From: Eledone cirrhosa
Lineage: Eukaryota
Assembly (NCBI GenBank): GCA_964016885.1
Contig: OZ024754.1
Span: 35,774,001-35,838,000 of the forward strand
DNA: 64,000 bases
Direction: 5' to 3'
The notes beneath the pieces are model-generated. The model worked only from the letters and a program-made list of their open reading frames with translations. It searched no databases and was not told the DNA's origin. A program made the position numbers and the translations under genes. Shown here in pieces: positions 13,857 to 27,600 of the stretch. Each line of letters begins with the position of its first letter. Position 1 is the first letter of the stretch.

Positions 13857-15210
13857 ATACAATAACAGAGAAAGCTTTAAGCTAAACTCTGACTGGTAAC
13901 CATCTCACTCAACAAACATTAGGATATACGTTAGTATAATCCCAGTTTTGTGCTTGGGGTGCTAACTATATGTATTTTGTGGAAAGCCAGTTGTATTATT
14001 TTATATGAGATATAATTAAAATTAAAATATATCTCTCTTTCCAAACAATTGTTTCATTATAAGTTTTCTACAAGTTGGGAGAATGTTTCCGGTTTATGTA
14101 GAAGCCTAACATATTTTTCTGTAAGAACATATGTAGGTGGGCACTTATAAATCATCAGTGGATGCCCATTAAACTTTGATATAAGAAAAAATTTCTTACC
14201 GCAGTTAATTTTCGTGTCCGCTAAGTCGTCCCTTCACGCATCAAATGACCACTAAATTTGAAATTCCAGCAGTCTTTAGACTGAGGAAATATCATAGCGT
14301 CACGAAGCGGAAAAGAGAGGCAATCGCGAGTCACAAGAAAGTAAAATAATATACACGTGGGTTAATTAGTTTTTTCAAAAAACATTATCAATCCTGCGTG
14401 TTAAGAACTCAATTAATATTTAAAAAATAAATGTATGCATGTATTAATTACACACGCATATAGATATTTTCTTAGGCTAAAAACAGAGAAGTGATACCTA
14501 AATAACAAACGATATCTCATAACAGTAATAAATACGGAAAGTTACGTTTAAAAGGTATCTGGAAATATAATTCTTTGGCCAAATCAATAGTAAAATATTT
14601 AATACAATAACCGAGAAAGCTTTAAGCTAAACTCTGACTGGTAACCATCTCACTCAACAAACATTAGGATATACGTTAGTATAATCCCAATTTTGTGTTT
14701 GGGGTGCTAACTATATGTATTTTGTGGAAAGCCAGTTGTATTATTTTATATGAGATATAATTAAAATTAAAATATATCTCTCTTTCCAAACAATTGTTTC
14801 ATTATAAGTTTTCTACAAGTTGGGAGAATGTTTCCGGTTTATGTAGAAGCCTAACATATTTTTCTGTAAGAACATATGTAGGTGGGCACTTATAAATCAT
14901 CAGTGGATGCCCATTAAACTTTGATATAAGAAAAAATTTCTTACCGCAGTTATTTTTCGTGTCCGCTAAGTCGCCCCTTCACGCATCAAATGACCGCCAA
15001 ATTTGAAATTCCAGCACTCTTTAGACTGAGGAAATATCATAAGCGGAAAAGGGAGGCAATCGCGAGTCACAAGAAAGTAAAATAATATACACGTGGGTTA
15101 ATTAGTTTTTTCAAAAAACATTATCAATCCTGCGTGTTAAGAACTCAATTAATTTTAAAAAAATAAATGTATGCATGTATTAATTACACACGCATATAGA
15201 TATTTTGTTA
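13851..15210. repeat. ~620-bp direct duplication (offset 745 bp)
   Basis: 13851-14475 matches 14596-15210 almost exactly; flanked by TA tracts. Confidence 0.92.
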
Positions 15211-15770
15211 GATATATATTTTTATTATATATATATAGATATTATATATATAAAGATCCTGTTAAGGGTGAAAGCAGCGATTCTTTGCTTAAACTTTAAT
15301 CTGTTATTTTAATAATATTTGCTCTACGGTTCTTATATATTTGATATATATTTATCCTTATCGAGCCCTCTTTGGATTTTAGTCTTCAAATTTATTATTA
15401 TTACTATATATATATATGATAGAAAGAAGAGAAAAAAACGAGACCCTTAGAAACGAATAAGAGTCATCAAAGCGATCATATGTATTGCTTTAAACTGTAA
15501 TGCGAAGGGATACACTAGTATTTGAGGTACCATCATTTGGGATTTTAAGCCTCGGACTTTTCCCTCCCGGTTTTGAAATTTAGGGAAAATTTAGGGGTGA
15601 CTGGGAATATTACATAATGTAGGGATTTTCTTTTCCTTTTCTATCATTTCTTATTTATGTATTTATATATTTATTTATCTACTCTCGTGATTGATACTCC
15701 GACAAATGTTAGGGGTGTATTTTGGTTTTTCATTATGTCAGGTATAGCATCCAAAAATTTCTCCCTTCCC

Positions 15771-15826
<56 letters not shown>

Positions 15827-15830
15827 AACA

Positions 15831-15905
15831 CAGTGTCCCCAAAAATGTATACACACTTCAACAGCAAAGTAATCAAAGTGTGTATATATTTTGGAGGGGA
15901 CACCG
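15831..15905. mobile_element. Very short Tc1-like MITE
   Basis: CAGTGTCCCCAAAAATGTATACACACTT ... AAGTGTGTATATATTTTGGAGGGGACACCG. Confidence 0.6.
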
Positions 15906-17229
15906 TGTGTGTATATATATATGTGTGTGTGTGTGTGTGTATGTGTAACTAGTAAAACTGTAAAAACGCAGCGGTATATTCTAATTTGGCCCTTTTAAGG
16001 GCCACCTATATTTTCATTTAAGTAACTCCACTTACATCTATATGCTTTAATAAAAAAAAAAAAAAAAAAAAACGCGTGAAAAAATTTTTTTTTTTTATTT
16101 AAGTAACTCCACTTACGCGTGGTAGTAATACGGAAATAAACGATGTTTTGCTTTCATCGGCTGCTTTCGACTGACAGCTAATTGCATTGTAGTGCCAAGG
16201 AAAATAAGAATAGGGAAACATAGAGAAAAAAGAGAAAAAGAAAGAAGTAAAAGAACGAATAGGGGAGGGGATAGCAAGTGCTATAGATAAAGAGTGGGCA
16301 AGAGGAGAAGAAATACGAATAGATGGATAAAAAGAGAGAGAATAAGAAAAGTAGATATATAGCGAGTGAGGGAGAGAGAGAGAGAGAGAGTGAGAGACGA
16401 ATAGATAAATAGATAAGGTCTGAGAGAAAGAGAGAGAAATAAGGATTTCTACTATAGACACAAGGCCAGACATTTGGGCGGTGAGTCAATTAAATCGACC
16501 TTGGTGCATTACTGGTACTTTATTTCATCGGCACCGTAAGATGAAAGGCAAAGCTAACTTAATAATTGTTTCTACTTTTGGCACAAGGCCAGCAATTACC
16601 CCAGCGTATTACTGGTACTTTATTTTATCGAACACGTAAAGATGAACGGCAAAGCTAACTTCGACGGGATTTGAACTCAGAACGTAAGGGGTCATAACTT
16701 TATGCTGCGAAGCATGTCTGACGCTCTACCAATTACTGACAATCCACAGTCCTTTTAAATATATATAATTGTTTCTACTTTAGGCACAAGGCCAGCAATT
16801 ACCCAGTGCATTACTGGTACTTTATTTTATCGACCCCGTAAGGATGAAATATATATATATATAATTAAATATATATAATAAACAATAACCCACCCTAGGT
16901 TTCAAACAGAGTATATAACTGTTTTGTTAGTTCTACGTACGTGTTTACACATAGGAGGTTCGGCTGAAAAGTCCATTCAAATGAACTCAAAACGTAAAGG
17001 GTCATAACTCTGTGCTGCAAAGCATGGTGTCTGACGCTCTACCGATACTGCTAATCCTAACCATCACCAGGAAGCTCACAAAAACATCGAAGAGAATAAA
17101 TAATGCTTAGACACAACTTTCTTTCTAAAACATGTATTATCCGGCATTTTATTTATTGATCCCAGAAGGAGTAAAAAACAAAGTTGATATCGATAGGTTT
17201 TGAACTCAGAAAGAAAACAAGGAATAAAG

Positions 17230-17740
17230 GAGAGAGAGAGAGACAGAGATAGAGAAGTGAGAGAGAAAGAGAGAGGAGGAGGAATGAGAGAGTGAGAGAG
17301 TGAGAGAGGAGAAGTGAGAAACAGACAGAAATAGATTGATAAAGAGAGAGAGAGAGGAGAAAGAGTGAGAGAGACAGAGTGAAAGAGAGACAGAGATAGA
17401 GAGAGGGGGAAGTGAGAGAGCGAGAGACAGAGTAAGAGAACGAGAGAGTGAGAGAGGAGAAGTGAGAAAGAGATAGAAATAGATTGATAAAGAGGGAGAG
17501 AGGAAAAAGAGGGAGAGAGCAAGAGAGAGACAGAGTGAAAGAGAGACATAGATAGAGAGAGGGGGAAGTGAGAGAGCGAGAGACAGAGTAAGAGAACGTG
17601 AGAGAGGAGAAGTGAGAAAGAGACGAAGATAGATTGATTAAGAGGGAGAGAGGAGAAAGAGGGAGAGAGCAAGAGAGAGACAGAATGAAAGAGAGACATA
17701 GATAGAGAGAGGGGGAAGTGATAGAGAGAGAGATAGTGAG
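17230..17740. repeat. GA-rich tract with ~120-130 bp higher-order repeat
   Basis: GAGAGGAGAAGTGAGAAA..TAGATTGAT recurs three times. Confidence 0.85.
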
Positions 17741-17783
17741 TGTGTATGTTTATACACTTTGCCCTCTCACTAATATTATGTAG

Positions 17784-18040
17784 TGCGCATGCCTGAACAA
17801 TCTAGCGGGAAATACTAAATAACTAAACAGATTTTCTGTTTAATGTATTTGTGTTACATTAATATTTACGATACACATCTTAGATGTGTATATAAATTAT
17901 AACCTATACACTCTGGCAGTAGATTATTTTTTATTATACACGCAGTAACGATGGATTGTGAAATTACGCAGACGGTATGTATATATATATGTATATATAA
18001 TAATCATATTTTAAAATATTTTTCGATGTCTGTTTCGCGC
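17784..18040 (+). promoter_or_regulatory. Putative Claspin promoter with E2F sites
   Basis: GCGGGAAA (reverse complement TTTCCCGC) at 17805-17812, TTTCGCGC at 18033-18040, NRF1-like TGCGCATGCC at 17784; these flank the ATG exon. Confidence 0.55.
17951..17974 (+). CDS. CLSPN: Claspin exon 1 (MDCEITQT), putative start
   Basis: ATG followed by ACG|gtatgt donor; phase 0 fits exon 2; E2F motifs nearby. The exon is short, so less certain. Confidence 0.6.
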
Positions 18041-18289
18041 TGTTGTGTTCTAACAAATCTTACGCGATCGTTCGACTTAATTTAGTAAATATTTTATAAG
18101 TAATTTTCGAAGTAATTTATATAAATATTTTATAAATATATTCAAGATACATGGAGGGAAAAAAATACTTCATATTATAACGTAGATTTAAAAACAATTA
18201 AAATCTAAGATCTAATTAACACTCTTCATAATTGGAGTATTTACCTCACCGCCTTTCGACACAACTTACCTTCGTAAATTCTTAATACT

Positions 18290-18339
<50 letters not shown>

Positions 18340-18961
18340 AGTAAGTGAGACCCCGACGGCTGAGCTCAAGCCGTTTCGACTGCTAATTCTGTACTGAATA
18401 TATATATATATGCAGAAGTTATATTTAATTTGTTGGGATTCCAACAAACTTAAAAGTTTATAACTGATATAGAACACTCAACAGCTAACTGGAGTAAATA
18501 TTCAATATATTAATAAATGGAAACTATATTTATAAAACCATAATTATTTTATATATATGTCAAGGGCAACCAAGGCTGCCTTGGTGCGCTTTCATCAGAT
18601 AAAATACAAAATTTGTTTTATAAATAGTGACATAACCGTGGAAAACAACCTTGGCAGTTGAAAATTCGCTGTATATATATATATATATTAATATAGAAAT
18701 GGCTTCTACAGGACTAGAACTGTTTCATTCCAGATGATTTCCTCCGAATAAAACAGTTCTAGTCCTGTAGAAGCCATTTCTATATTAAACATTTATTCTC
18801 TGCTATGTATTAAATACCTTACTGTGGTTACTGCCCCCGATTGAACACGGGATAAACACATCTATCTATCTACATGTATGTATGTATATAGATATATATA
18901 TATATATGTATATATATATATTGTTATAACGACTTGCGACTCCTACATTTATTCATTTGGC

Positions 18962-19005
<44 letters not shown>

Positions 19006-21599
19006 TATAGAAATGGCTTCTACAGGACTAGAACTGTTTCATTCGGGAGAAATCATCAGGAAAATGATTTCTCCCAAATGAAACAGTTCTAGTCCTGTAG
19101 AAGCCATTTCTATATTAAATATTTATACTCTGCTATGTATTGAGTACATTACTCTGGTTACCCCCGATTGAACTCGGGATACACTTATATATATATATAT
19201 ATATACATACATGTATATATATATATACATACATACATGTATATATATATATATGTATAAAGAAAACAATTTTATCCACCTACATTTAATGCATTTAAGC
19301 AACATTTTGCTGTATTTGTAAGCCCAAAATCTTCAGAATACTTTTATTTTCATTCAACAAGGAGCTGGTTTGGTTAAGGATTTCCCTCCGTCGGTTACAA
19401 CGATGAGTTTTACAATTGTTAGATCGACCAAACAACCTGCTCGTGAAATTAACGTGCGACAGGTTTAGCATTCCATAGACACGTGTGCGCTTTAAGTAAT
19501 TGTTAGGGAGGTTCATCTCGTTGGTATGTTCTATATTTGGCATGGTTTCTACGTCTGGTTGGCCTTCCTATCGCCAACCATTTTACAGGGTGCACTAGGT
19601 GCGTTTTATAATAGAATCAGCTCTACAACTCTACAGGCTTCCCCTCCCAGCTCGAGCCGGTGGGCTGGACTGAGGGGATGGCAAAAGGCCAGACGGTATG
19701 ACCATCTTCCCGTTCCGCAGTGGCAAACCACTCGTCTGGGATTTCACTTACATCAACATTTTTCTCCAGGCGCGACCTGGTGCAGTCTGCGACTAACCCA
19801 GGTTCTGCTGCACTTCAGGCTGAGGAGGGTAAACTCTCCAAGTATTGGTTGCTCTCCGACAGGTTTGCGGTCGTGCGTGGCCTTGGCAGTGGAGACTTCT
19901 GGTGTCCTCCTTGACCCTAGGGCGACCTCCCTACTCACCACCACCGTAGGCGCTGAGCTGGCTAGCCACAGGTGTGAGCGTCGCGAGATGGAATGGATCT
20001 TCCAGGGCATCTCCCTTACAATCCTCCGGGGAAACGCCTTCTCCATTCTGTCCGCCGGGGCTGTGGGACATCCAGCACATGGGACCCCATTTGCTCACTA
20101 TACACAGAGATGGGGAGGGCGAGAGAGATGGAGGGCGATGAGAGTGGGAGTTCGGCTCTTCCGTGTTCGGACACATTACACCTGTCAGGTGGATCATGTG
20201 ATAATTTCATTCTACTTGTCACAACCATTGATACCAAAGGGACTTTACAAAGAGGACTTGGTACATTTTATCATGGTACCGGCACTAGAAAGGCTGTCAT
20301 AATTGCGGCCTGGCTGAGTCCCCTCTCTATCCCATGTCCTCTCCTTTGATCGCCAACTAATGTTCATTTCATTTATGAATTATTGTTGTGTATATTTTTT
20401 CCAGTTTGATTTGGCAGCCGACACAGAAATATCCAAGGAAGAGAATAGTGAAAAGGATTCTGGGATTGAAGAGGTTTCTCCACAGCACAAAACATTATCT
20501 TTTACTGAAGGTCAGTCATACAATTATCTTTAATCCTTTCCTTACCATAATTTGAATGAAATACTACTGTTCAAATAATTTTTTTTAAATTTGAAAATTT
20601 AATAAAATAAATTTTTGAAAGTTTTTCATCATCATCATCATCATCATCATACGTCCGCTTTTCCCTGCTTGCAAGGGTGGGATGGGTCTTATTCAGCACA
20701 GCATCTCTCCACTCGTCACAGTCCTTCGTCATCTCCACCGTGAGCTTCAATGATCTGAGGTCTGTTCTCACCACCTCCGCCCATGTTTTTCGTGGTCTAC
20801 CTCTACCACGTCTCGTGGTATTAGTTAACTGATATTTAGAGTGGTGTCGATAAATAAAGCACCAGTAATGCACTGGGGTTGATTTAGTCAACTTTCCTCC
20901 CCCTTTCAAATTGCTGGCCTTGATGGGACATTTTAAAATGAAAACTTTTTTATCATAAGTCCAGGGACAGTTTCATCTAGTTTGCTATCAAAAGAGTTAT
21001 CGTATATACTCGAATATAAACCAACCTCCCAATTTTATGTCTGAGAAATGGGCAAAAATCCAAACCTTACTTGTGTAGAATTTGAGATTGGTGAAAATTG
21101 TCAAAAAATTGATCCCAAATATAAGGCGACCTCCCCACTTTCTACCATCAATTTTTTTGGGGGGTCATATACTCAAGATGACCTGGAATGAAGTGATAAA
21201 AACTGACCTTGCTCAATTACACCTCTCAAAGGCGATGACACTGGACCGAGACCTTTGGAGTTATGCAGTAATGCAGAAGACTCGAGTTCCCACGGGAACA
21301 AGCCCAAGCTGAAGCATATAGACAATATGTCCCCACCTCTTCCACTGTACCCACTTATTCCTGGGCGGGTCATGGGGGCAGAAGCAAAGTCCTCAAGTAC
21401 TCCTTCCAGAGGGTCCTGTTAGAAGCAACCTTTCTCGCTCTTTTCTTCTCCCTTTCCTGTCAGAAGCAACCATCTCCAATTGATCCAGATCGATCCCCAA
21501 GCGAGACCAGCCAAGTTCATGGATGTTATCCAACCATCTTGCTCGGGGTCTACCCCTGAGTCTTCTGCTGGTTGGTTTTGCCCATAAAATCTGTCCAGC

Positions 21600-21639
<40 letters not shown>

Positions 21640-24600
21640 AGACATTTTAACTACATGTCTGTAATATTGGAGCTGTGATCTCTCAATTCAGAGAAGTAGT
21701 GACTCTAATCTCTGAGCTATGCACTCTATCGAGTAACGTTACTCCAAAGACCCTTCGGAAGAAACCCATTTCGGCTGCTTGTATTCATCATCATCATCAT
21801 TTCATTTTACGTCCGCTTTTTCCCTGCTTGCAAGGGTGGGACGGGAACTGATTCTGGCTTGATTTCTACAGCTGGATGCCCTTCCTAACACCAACCTCAT
21901 TTACATTGAGTGCTGGGTGCTTTTTTTGCCATGGCACCTCTAGAACCACTTTGCAGTGGAATGATATGGACCCCAGTCCCTATCATCTCATTTTTACAGC
22001 TGAGTAAACTGGAGCAATGTGAAATAAAGTGCCTTGCTCAAGGAAACAACACATCACCCGGTCTGAGAATTGAACTCACAACCTTTCGATTGCAAGGCCA
22101 ATGCTCTAACCACTAAGCCATGTGCCTCCACATCATATTCTTTCAGTTATTACCCAAGGTTCATGACTATAGGTAAGGTTAGGCATTAATACCGAATTGA
22201 TCTTCCACAAAAATGACCTAAGCCTGGCTTGTACCTTGGAGTTGAATCTTCCAGATGCAGAATCCAAACTGTAATTAGTGACTAAAGAAAACCTATCGCT
22301 TGTCACATGTGTTTGAGTGGCGAAAGACATTTGCCACATGTTGAATGGTAGATTTTTATGGCATTTGGTTTAACACCACCACATGACCTTTGAGCACCTT
22401 TAGCTGAACCCACTCTGTCGCAAGCATTTGGGATGGGGGTTCAAGTTTGTGGATACTGTTCATCCTCCTTCCCAACATTATTAGGGGCTCTGATAAAGGG
22501 CTATGGGTACTATTCTTTCTCTCCTTGACTAAAGAGTTTAAAAATAGTATTAATTACATTCAGCTTGTGACTGAAGCAAATTCAGGCAAATATATTTCTA
22601 TCTTTTTTTGTAGAGAGTGACAGTGAAGACAATGATTTCTGTGTCAGGTTTTTTAAGAAACAGGTAAATACTTCCATTTCTTTTATAAGTATGCTATACT
22701 GTACTACAGAATACATTTATAAATTTTTAGCTGACACTATGGTTGGTGATGGCAAGGGCATCCAGCTGTAGAAAATCTGCCAAATAAAAGGTGGGGAACA
22801 CTCTTTATTTATGCCAAAGACATCACAACTTCCTTAGTTATGGTGCTATAATAAAATACACTTGGCAGAACACATGATTGTGTGTTTGTCCCCCAGGCCA
22901 ACTGAAAGTCGGGGGCGCCACTTGAGTACTGACGAATAATCCTTGCAATGATGATGATGATGACTAGTCATAAAGTATCTCTCATGGATGACACATTTTC
23001 AACATAGCTTGGACTGCAGTTCAATCACTGGCCTTTCTAGAAAGAACAGATATTCTCAAATTGGCTACAACTACAGTTTAACCATTGATTCTTCTTGTCA
23101 TGATCACAAAATTGAGTTTCACTTCAGTTTTTATTATTTATCAAATCCTTAGGGCGGTGGATTGGCTAAATCGGTAGAGTTGGACAGCATGCTTCGTGGC
23201 ATAGTTACGGCCCTTTACGATCTGAGTTCAAATTCCGCTGAGGTTGATAAAATAAAGCACCAGTAACATACTGGGGTTCATTTAATCGACTTTCTTCTCC
23301 CCCAAATTATTGGCCTTTGCCTATAGTAGAAATCATTATTTATCAAATCCTGCTGATGTTAGCTTTGTCTTTCATCCTTACAAGGTTGATAAAATAAAGT
23401 ACCAGTAATGCACTGGGGGCGATTTAAATCACTTTCCCCGCCTCCAAAACTGTTGGCCTTGTGCCCCAATCAGAAACTATTATTTCTCAGGTAATTAATC
23501 CTTCTATCATGACAAAGGAAACACAGCAAAAAAGTCATCGATAAGGTCACAACTGTGTGATGAAAGATCTTTGACAATTATGTCACCATTTGGTTGATTA
23601 ACCAACTGATGGATGGAATACTTACCTGAATAATATTTGAAATGAAAGCAACAGTTATGCATGTTTTAATTTGCTGTATGACCCTTTCAAAGTATTAAAA
23701 ATTTTATAAATAAATTCTGTTTTTATTTTACTTAGGCTGCTATTATTGATGATGATGATGAAGATGATGATGATGATGATGATGATAAGGGTGTTGGCAA
23801 TGACACTGGTGGTGTTGGTGGTGGTGGTGTTAGTAGTAACAATGACATTGTTCAAAGTAAAACTGTCAGCCATCCTGCTTCTGACCCACCTCAACTCAAC
23901 ACTCAATATGGTAATATTTTTCTTCCTTTCGCATTTACGTTACGTTATATTTACTATTGTATTTTCATGGGATAAACACTTTATTTTGCATAATTATCTC
24001 ACATGATATCGAATCTACGGTGGATTGGCAGTATCGGTAGGCGGAGGGGGGGTCAGATGCCGTGCTTTGTAGCATAGAGTTACGTCCCTTTACGGTCTGG
24101 GTTCAAATCCCGCCGAGGTTAACTTCGCCTTTCATCCTTATGGGGTCGGTAAAATAAAGGACCAGTAATGCTCTGGGGTAATTGCTGGCCTTGTGCCAAA
24201 AGTAGAAACAATTATTTATTTTGAGAACAATACCTTAACATCAGTATGAACAGCCAGTTTAAACAGGTGAGAGAATTCTAGCATTTACATTACTCTATAT
24301 ATATACTATTGTATTTCTCTCTATATATACTATTGTATTTACAGTAAGCACTTTATTTCACATAATTATCTCACATAATATCGAATCTATGAGATTTTGA
24401 TATTATTTATTTTGAGATGAGAACAATACCTTAACATAAATATGAGCAGTCGGTTATGACCAGTTTAAACAGGTGAGAGAACCGGACAACATGCTTTGTG
24501 GCATAGAGTTACAACCCTTTATGTTCTGAGTTGAAATCTCTCCAGGGTTAGCTTTGCCTTTCATCTTTACAGGGTCAATAAAATAAAGTACCAGTCACAC

Positions 24601-27600
24601 ACTGGGTTTAATTTAACCGACTTTCCCCTCCCCACAAATTGCTGGCCTTGTGCCAAAAGTAGAAACAATTATTATTATTATTATTATTATTATTATTTAC
24701 TGTTTCTTTAATTTATTTCTCCCAGGTTCCCTTCAAATATTGGAGAATGACAACTACCACGATAACAGTGATGGGGACACTGACGATGATGATGATGATG
24801 ATGGGAAATTTAATATCATCAAAAGGAAAAAGGTGAGAAGGCTGTTTTATTACTGTTATTTTATTAATTCCTGTGTGAAGAAGGTGCTTGACCCAGTGGT
24901 TAGAGTGTTGAACTCACACTTATAAGTCTAAAGTCTCCCTCGAGCCCAGTGGGTCATCAGGCCAGTGCTTATCCTGGTTTCAGTGGCATGAGGTGACTGA
25001 GAGTACAAGACTTCCCCCTGGACAGGATGCCAGTCCTTCATAGGGTTAAACTCAGCTATTGCTGGTACTCATTTTCAGCTGAGTATATTGGAGCAACGTG
25101 AAATGAAATGTTTTGTTCAAGAACACAACACGCAACCCAGTCTAGGATTTGAACTCACAACACTGTGATTGTAAGTCCAACACAACTTACCACTAGGTCA
25201 TGTGCCTCCACTACAATCATAAGGTCATGGGTTCAATTTTGGAACTGGCCAGAGTGTTGTGTTTTTGAGGAAGACGCATCATTTCACATTACTGTTCATG
25301 TCATAACTGTGACACTACCATTGGCCCCACTACCACTTCCACCATTACCTCTAACACTACCACTACCACTACTATCACTAACACTACTACTACCATTATC
25401 ACTAACACTAACACTACCACTACCACCATTATCACTACCACTACCACCACTAACACTACCACTACTACCATTATCACTAACACTACCACTACCACCATTA
25501 CCACTACCACTACTATCACTAACACTACTACTACCATTATCACTAACACTAACACCATTACCACTAACACTACCACTACCATTATCACTAACACTAACAC
25601 TACCACCATTACCACTAACACTACCACTACCACCATTATCACTACCACTACCACCACTAACACTACCACTACTACCATTATCACTAACACTACCACTACC
25701 ACCATTACCACTACCACTACCACCATTATCACTATCACCACCACCACTAAATGTACATTGATCTTAATATACCATCATGTCCTGTAATTCTCTCTCTATA
25801 TTATTATCACTATTACCACCACTATTACCACCACTACTACCACCTCTACTACCAATAAATGTACATTGATCTCAATATACCACCACACCCTATAATAATT
25901 CCCTCTCTGTACTACCACCTCCACTATTACACCTACTGCGATGACCACCATCAATAAATGTACAATGTTTCCAACATGTCCTCACCTCCACTAATGATTC
26001 TCTCTCTATATTGTAAGACATCATCACAGAAGAGAACGGCTAACAGTTTCCATGAGGACGGTAAGTTGTTGTTGTTGCTGTTGTTGTTGTTGTTGTACAG
26101 TGTTGATATTTCAATGGTGTAAAGTTGTGTTCGTCTTCTTTAACTATTTTGACAGTATTTCTCATTTATAGAGGTGGATTGGCAGTATCGGTAGAGGGTC
26201 GGACGCCATGCTTTCCAGCATAGTTACGTCCCTTTACGATCTGAGTTCAAATCCCGCCGAGGTTGACTTTGCCTTTCATCCTTACGGGGTCGATAAAATA
26301 AAGTACCAGTAATGCACTGGGTAATTGCTGGCCTTGTGCCTAAAGTAGAAACAAGTATTTCTCATTTATAGAAGTATAAACATATACTAAAGTAAAAACC
26401 AAATCAAACTGAGTCTGTTTTACTATATTTTTCTGGCAATATTAGAACAAGGGCAGTGGATTGGCAGTATCGGTAGAGCGTTGGACACCATGCTTTGTAG
26501 CATAGAGTTATGGCCCTTTGCGTTCTGAGTTCAAATGCCGAGGTTAACTTTGCCTTTCATTCTTATGGGGTAGATATAAAAAAAAGTACCAGTAATGCAC
26601 TGGTATAATTGCTGGCCTTGTGCCAAAAAGTAGAAACAATATTAGAACATGACCTTCACGGCATTAACGATTGTCCCCCTTGCTTCTGCTGGATACCGGC
26701 AGGCGGCGATAGCCATCTGTGTCTTTGTATAGCTACGGATTTCTAGATGTAACCTTGTGGAAGATCAGCTAAACATGCTTAGGTGTGAGCTGTAAATTTC
26801 ATGTAGGATAATAATCATCATCACAGATTAACATCCATTTTTCCATGCTGGCATGGGTTAGACGAGTTGTCCTATTGTGAGACAAGTCAGATCAGGTGAC
26901 CATGTCATGCTCACACAAAACTGTTTCTGACTTGGTTTCTACGGCTGGATGCTTTTCCTAACACCAACCTCATTTACAGCGAGTCATAGATATATTTATT
27001 CTAAATCACACTGTGCTAGGGCTTTGAATGGTTTCTCTGACTGGATGCTCTCCTTAATGTCAAACACTTTACATGGTGTACTAGGTGCATTTTATCTTGA
27101 CTAGTATATAAATAAAAGATATATTTATTAGCCAAGAAGACTAAACTAACCCACAATGTTCTAAAGAAAGGTACTTTTCCTGGTGCCAACCAAACTGTTT
27201 CTGGCTTGATCTCTATGGCTGGATGCCCTTCCTAGCACCAACCACATTTACAAGCATTTTAGATAAATATAAATACTTTAAAATAAAGGGTTTTATATAG
27301 AAGAAGCCATAGTTTTTTGAGCAGCTTAACGAAGGTTCTTACATAAAATTATGATGGAAGGTTTTCAGATAAAGATAAACAGCTTATTAGTGCAAAACCA
27401 GTGGCAGTTTCCTATTAAATGGGATATGAGATATGGAATGTATGAGCAAGGTGAGGTCACTCTGACCTGTCTGCTCTTGACATGACAACCAATCCAACAA
27501 TATGCCAGCATAGAAAACAGACATAAAGTAATGACCATTAAAGAAGCAAGGTTTGTTTTGAGTAGTTTTATAAAAAAAAAAACCAAGAGTTAAAATATTT

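Noticed and set aside
14270-14325. CTGAGGA..GAAA in the 620-bp repeat as a hammerhead
   Set aside because: No stem II or III and no cleavage triplet can be formed.
18560-18600. CTGATGA on the - strand next to a small hairpin
   Set aside because: No downstream GAAA/stem III arrangement.
19526-20302. 258-aa ORF as a host gene
   Set aside because: It runs through a frameshifted retrotransposon endonuclease relic.
26173-26260. tRNA genes at SINE heads
   Set aside because: A and B boxes are present but there is no complete cloverleaf; they continue into SINE bodies with TSDs.
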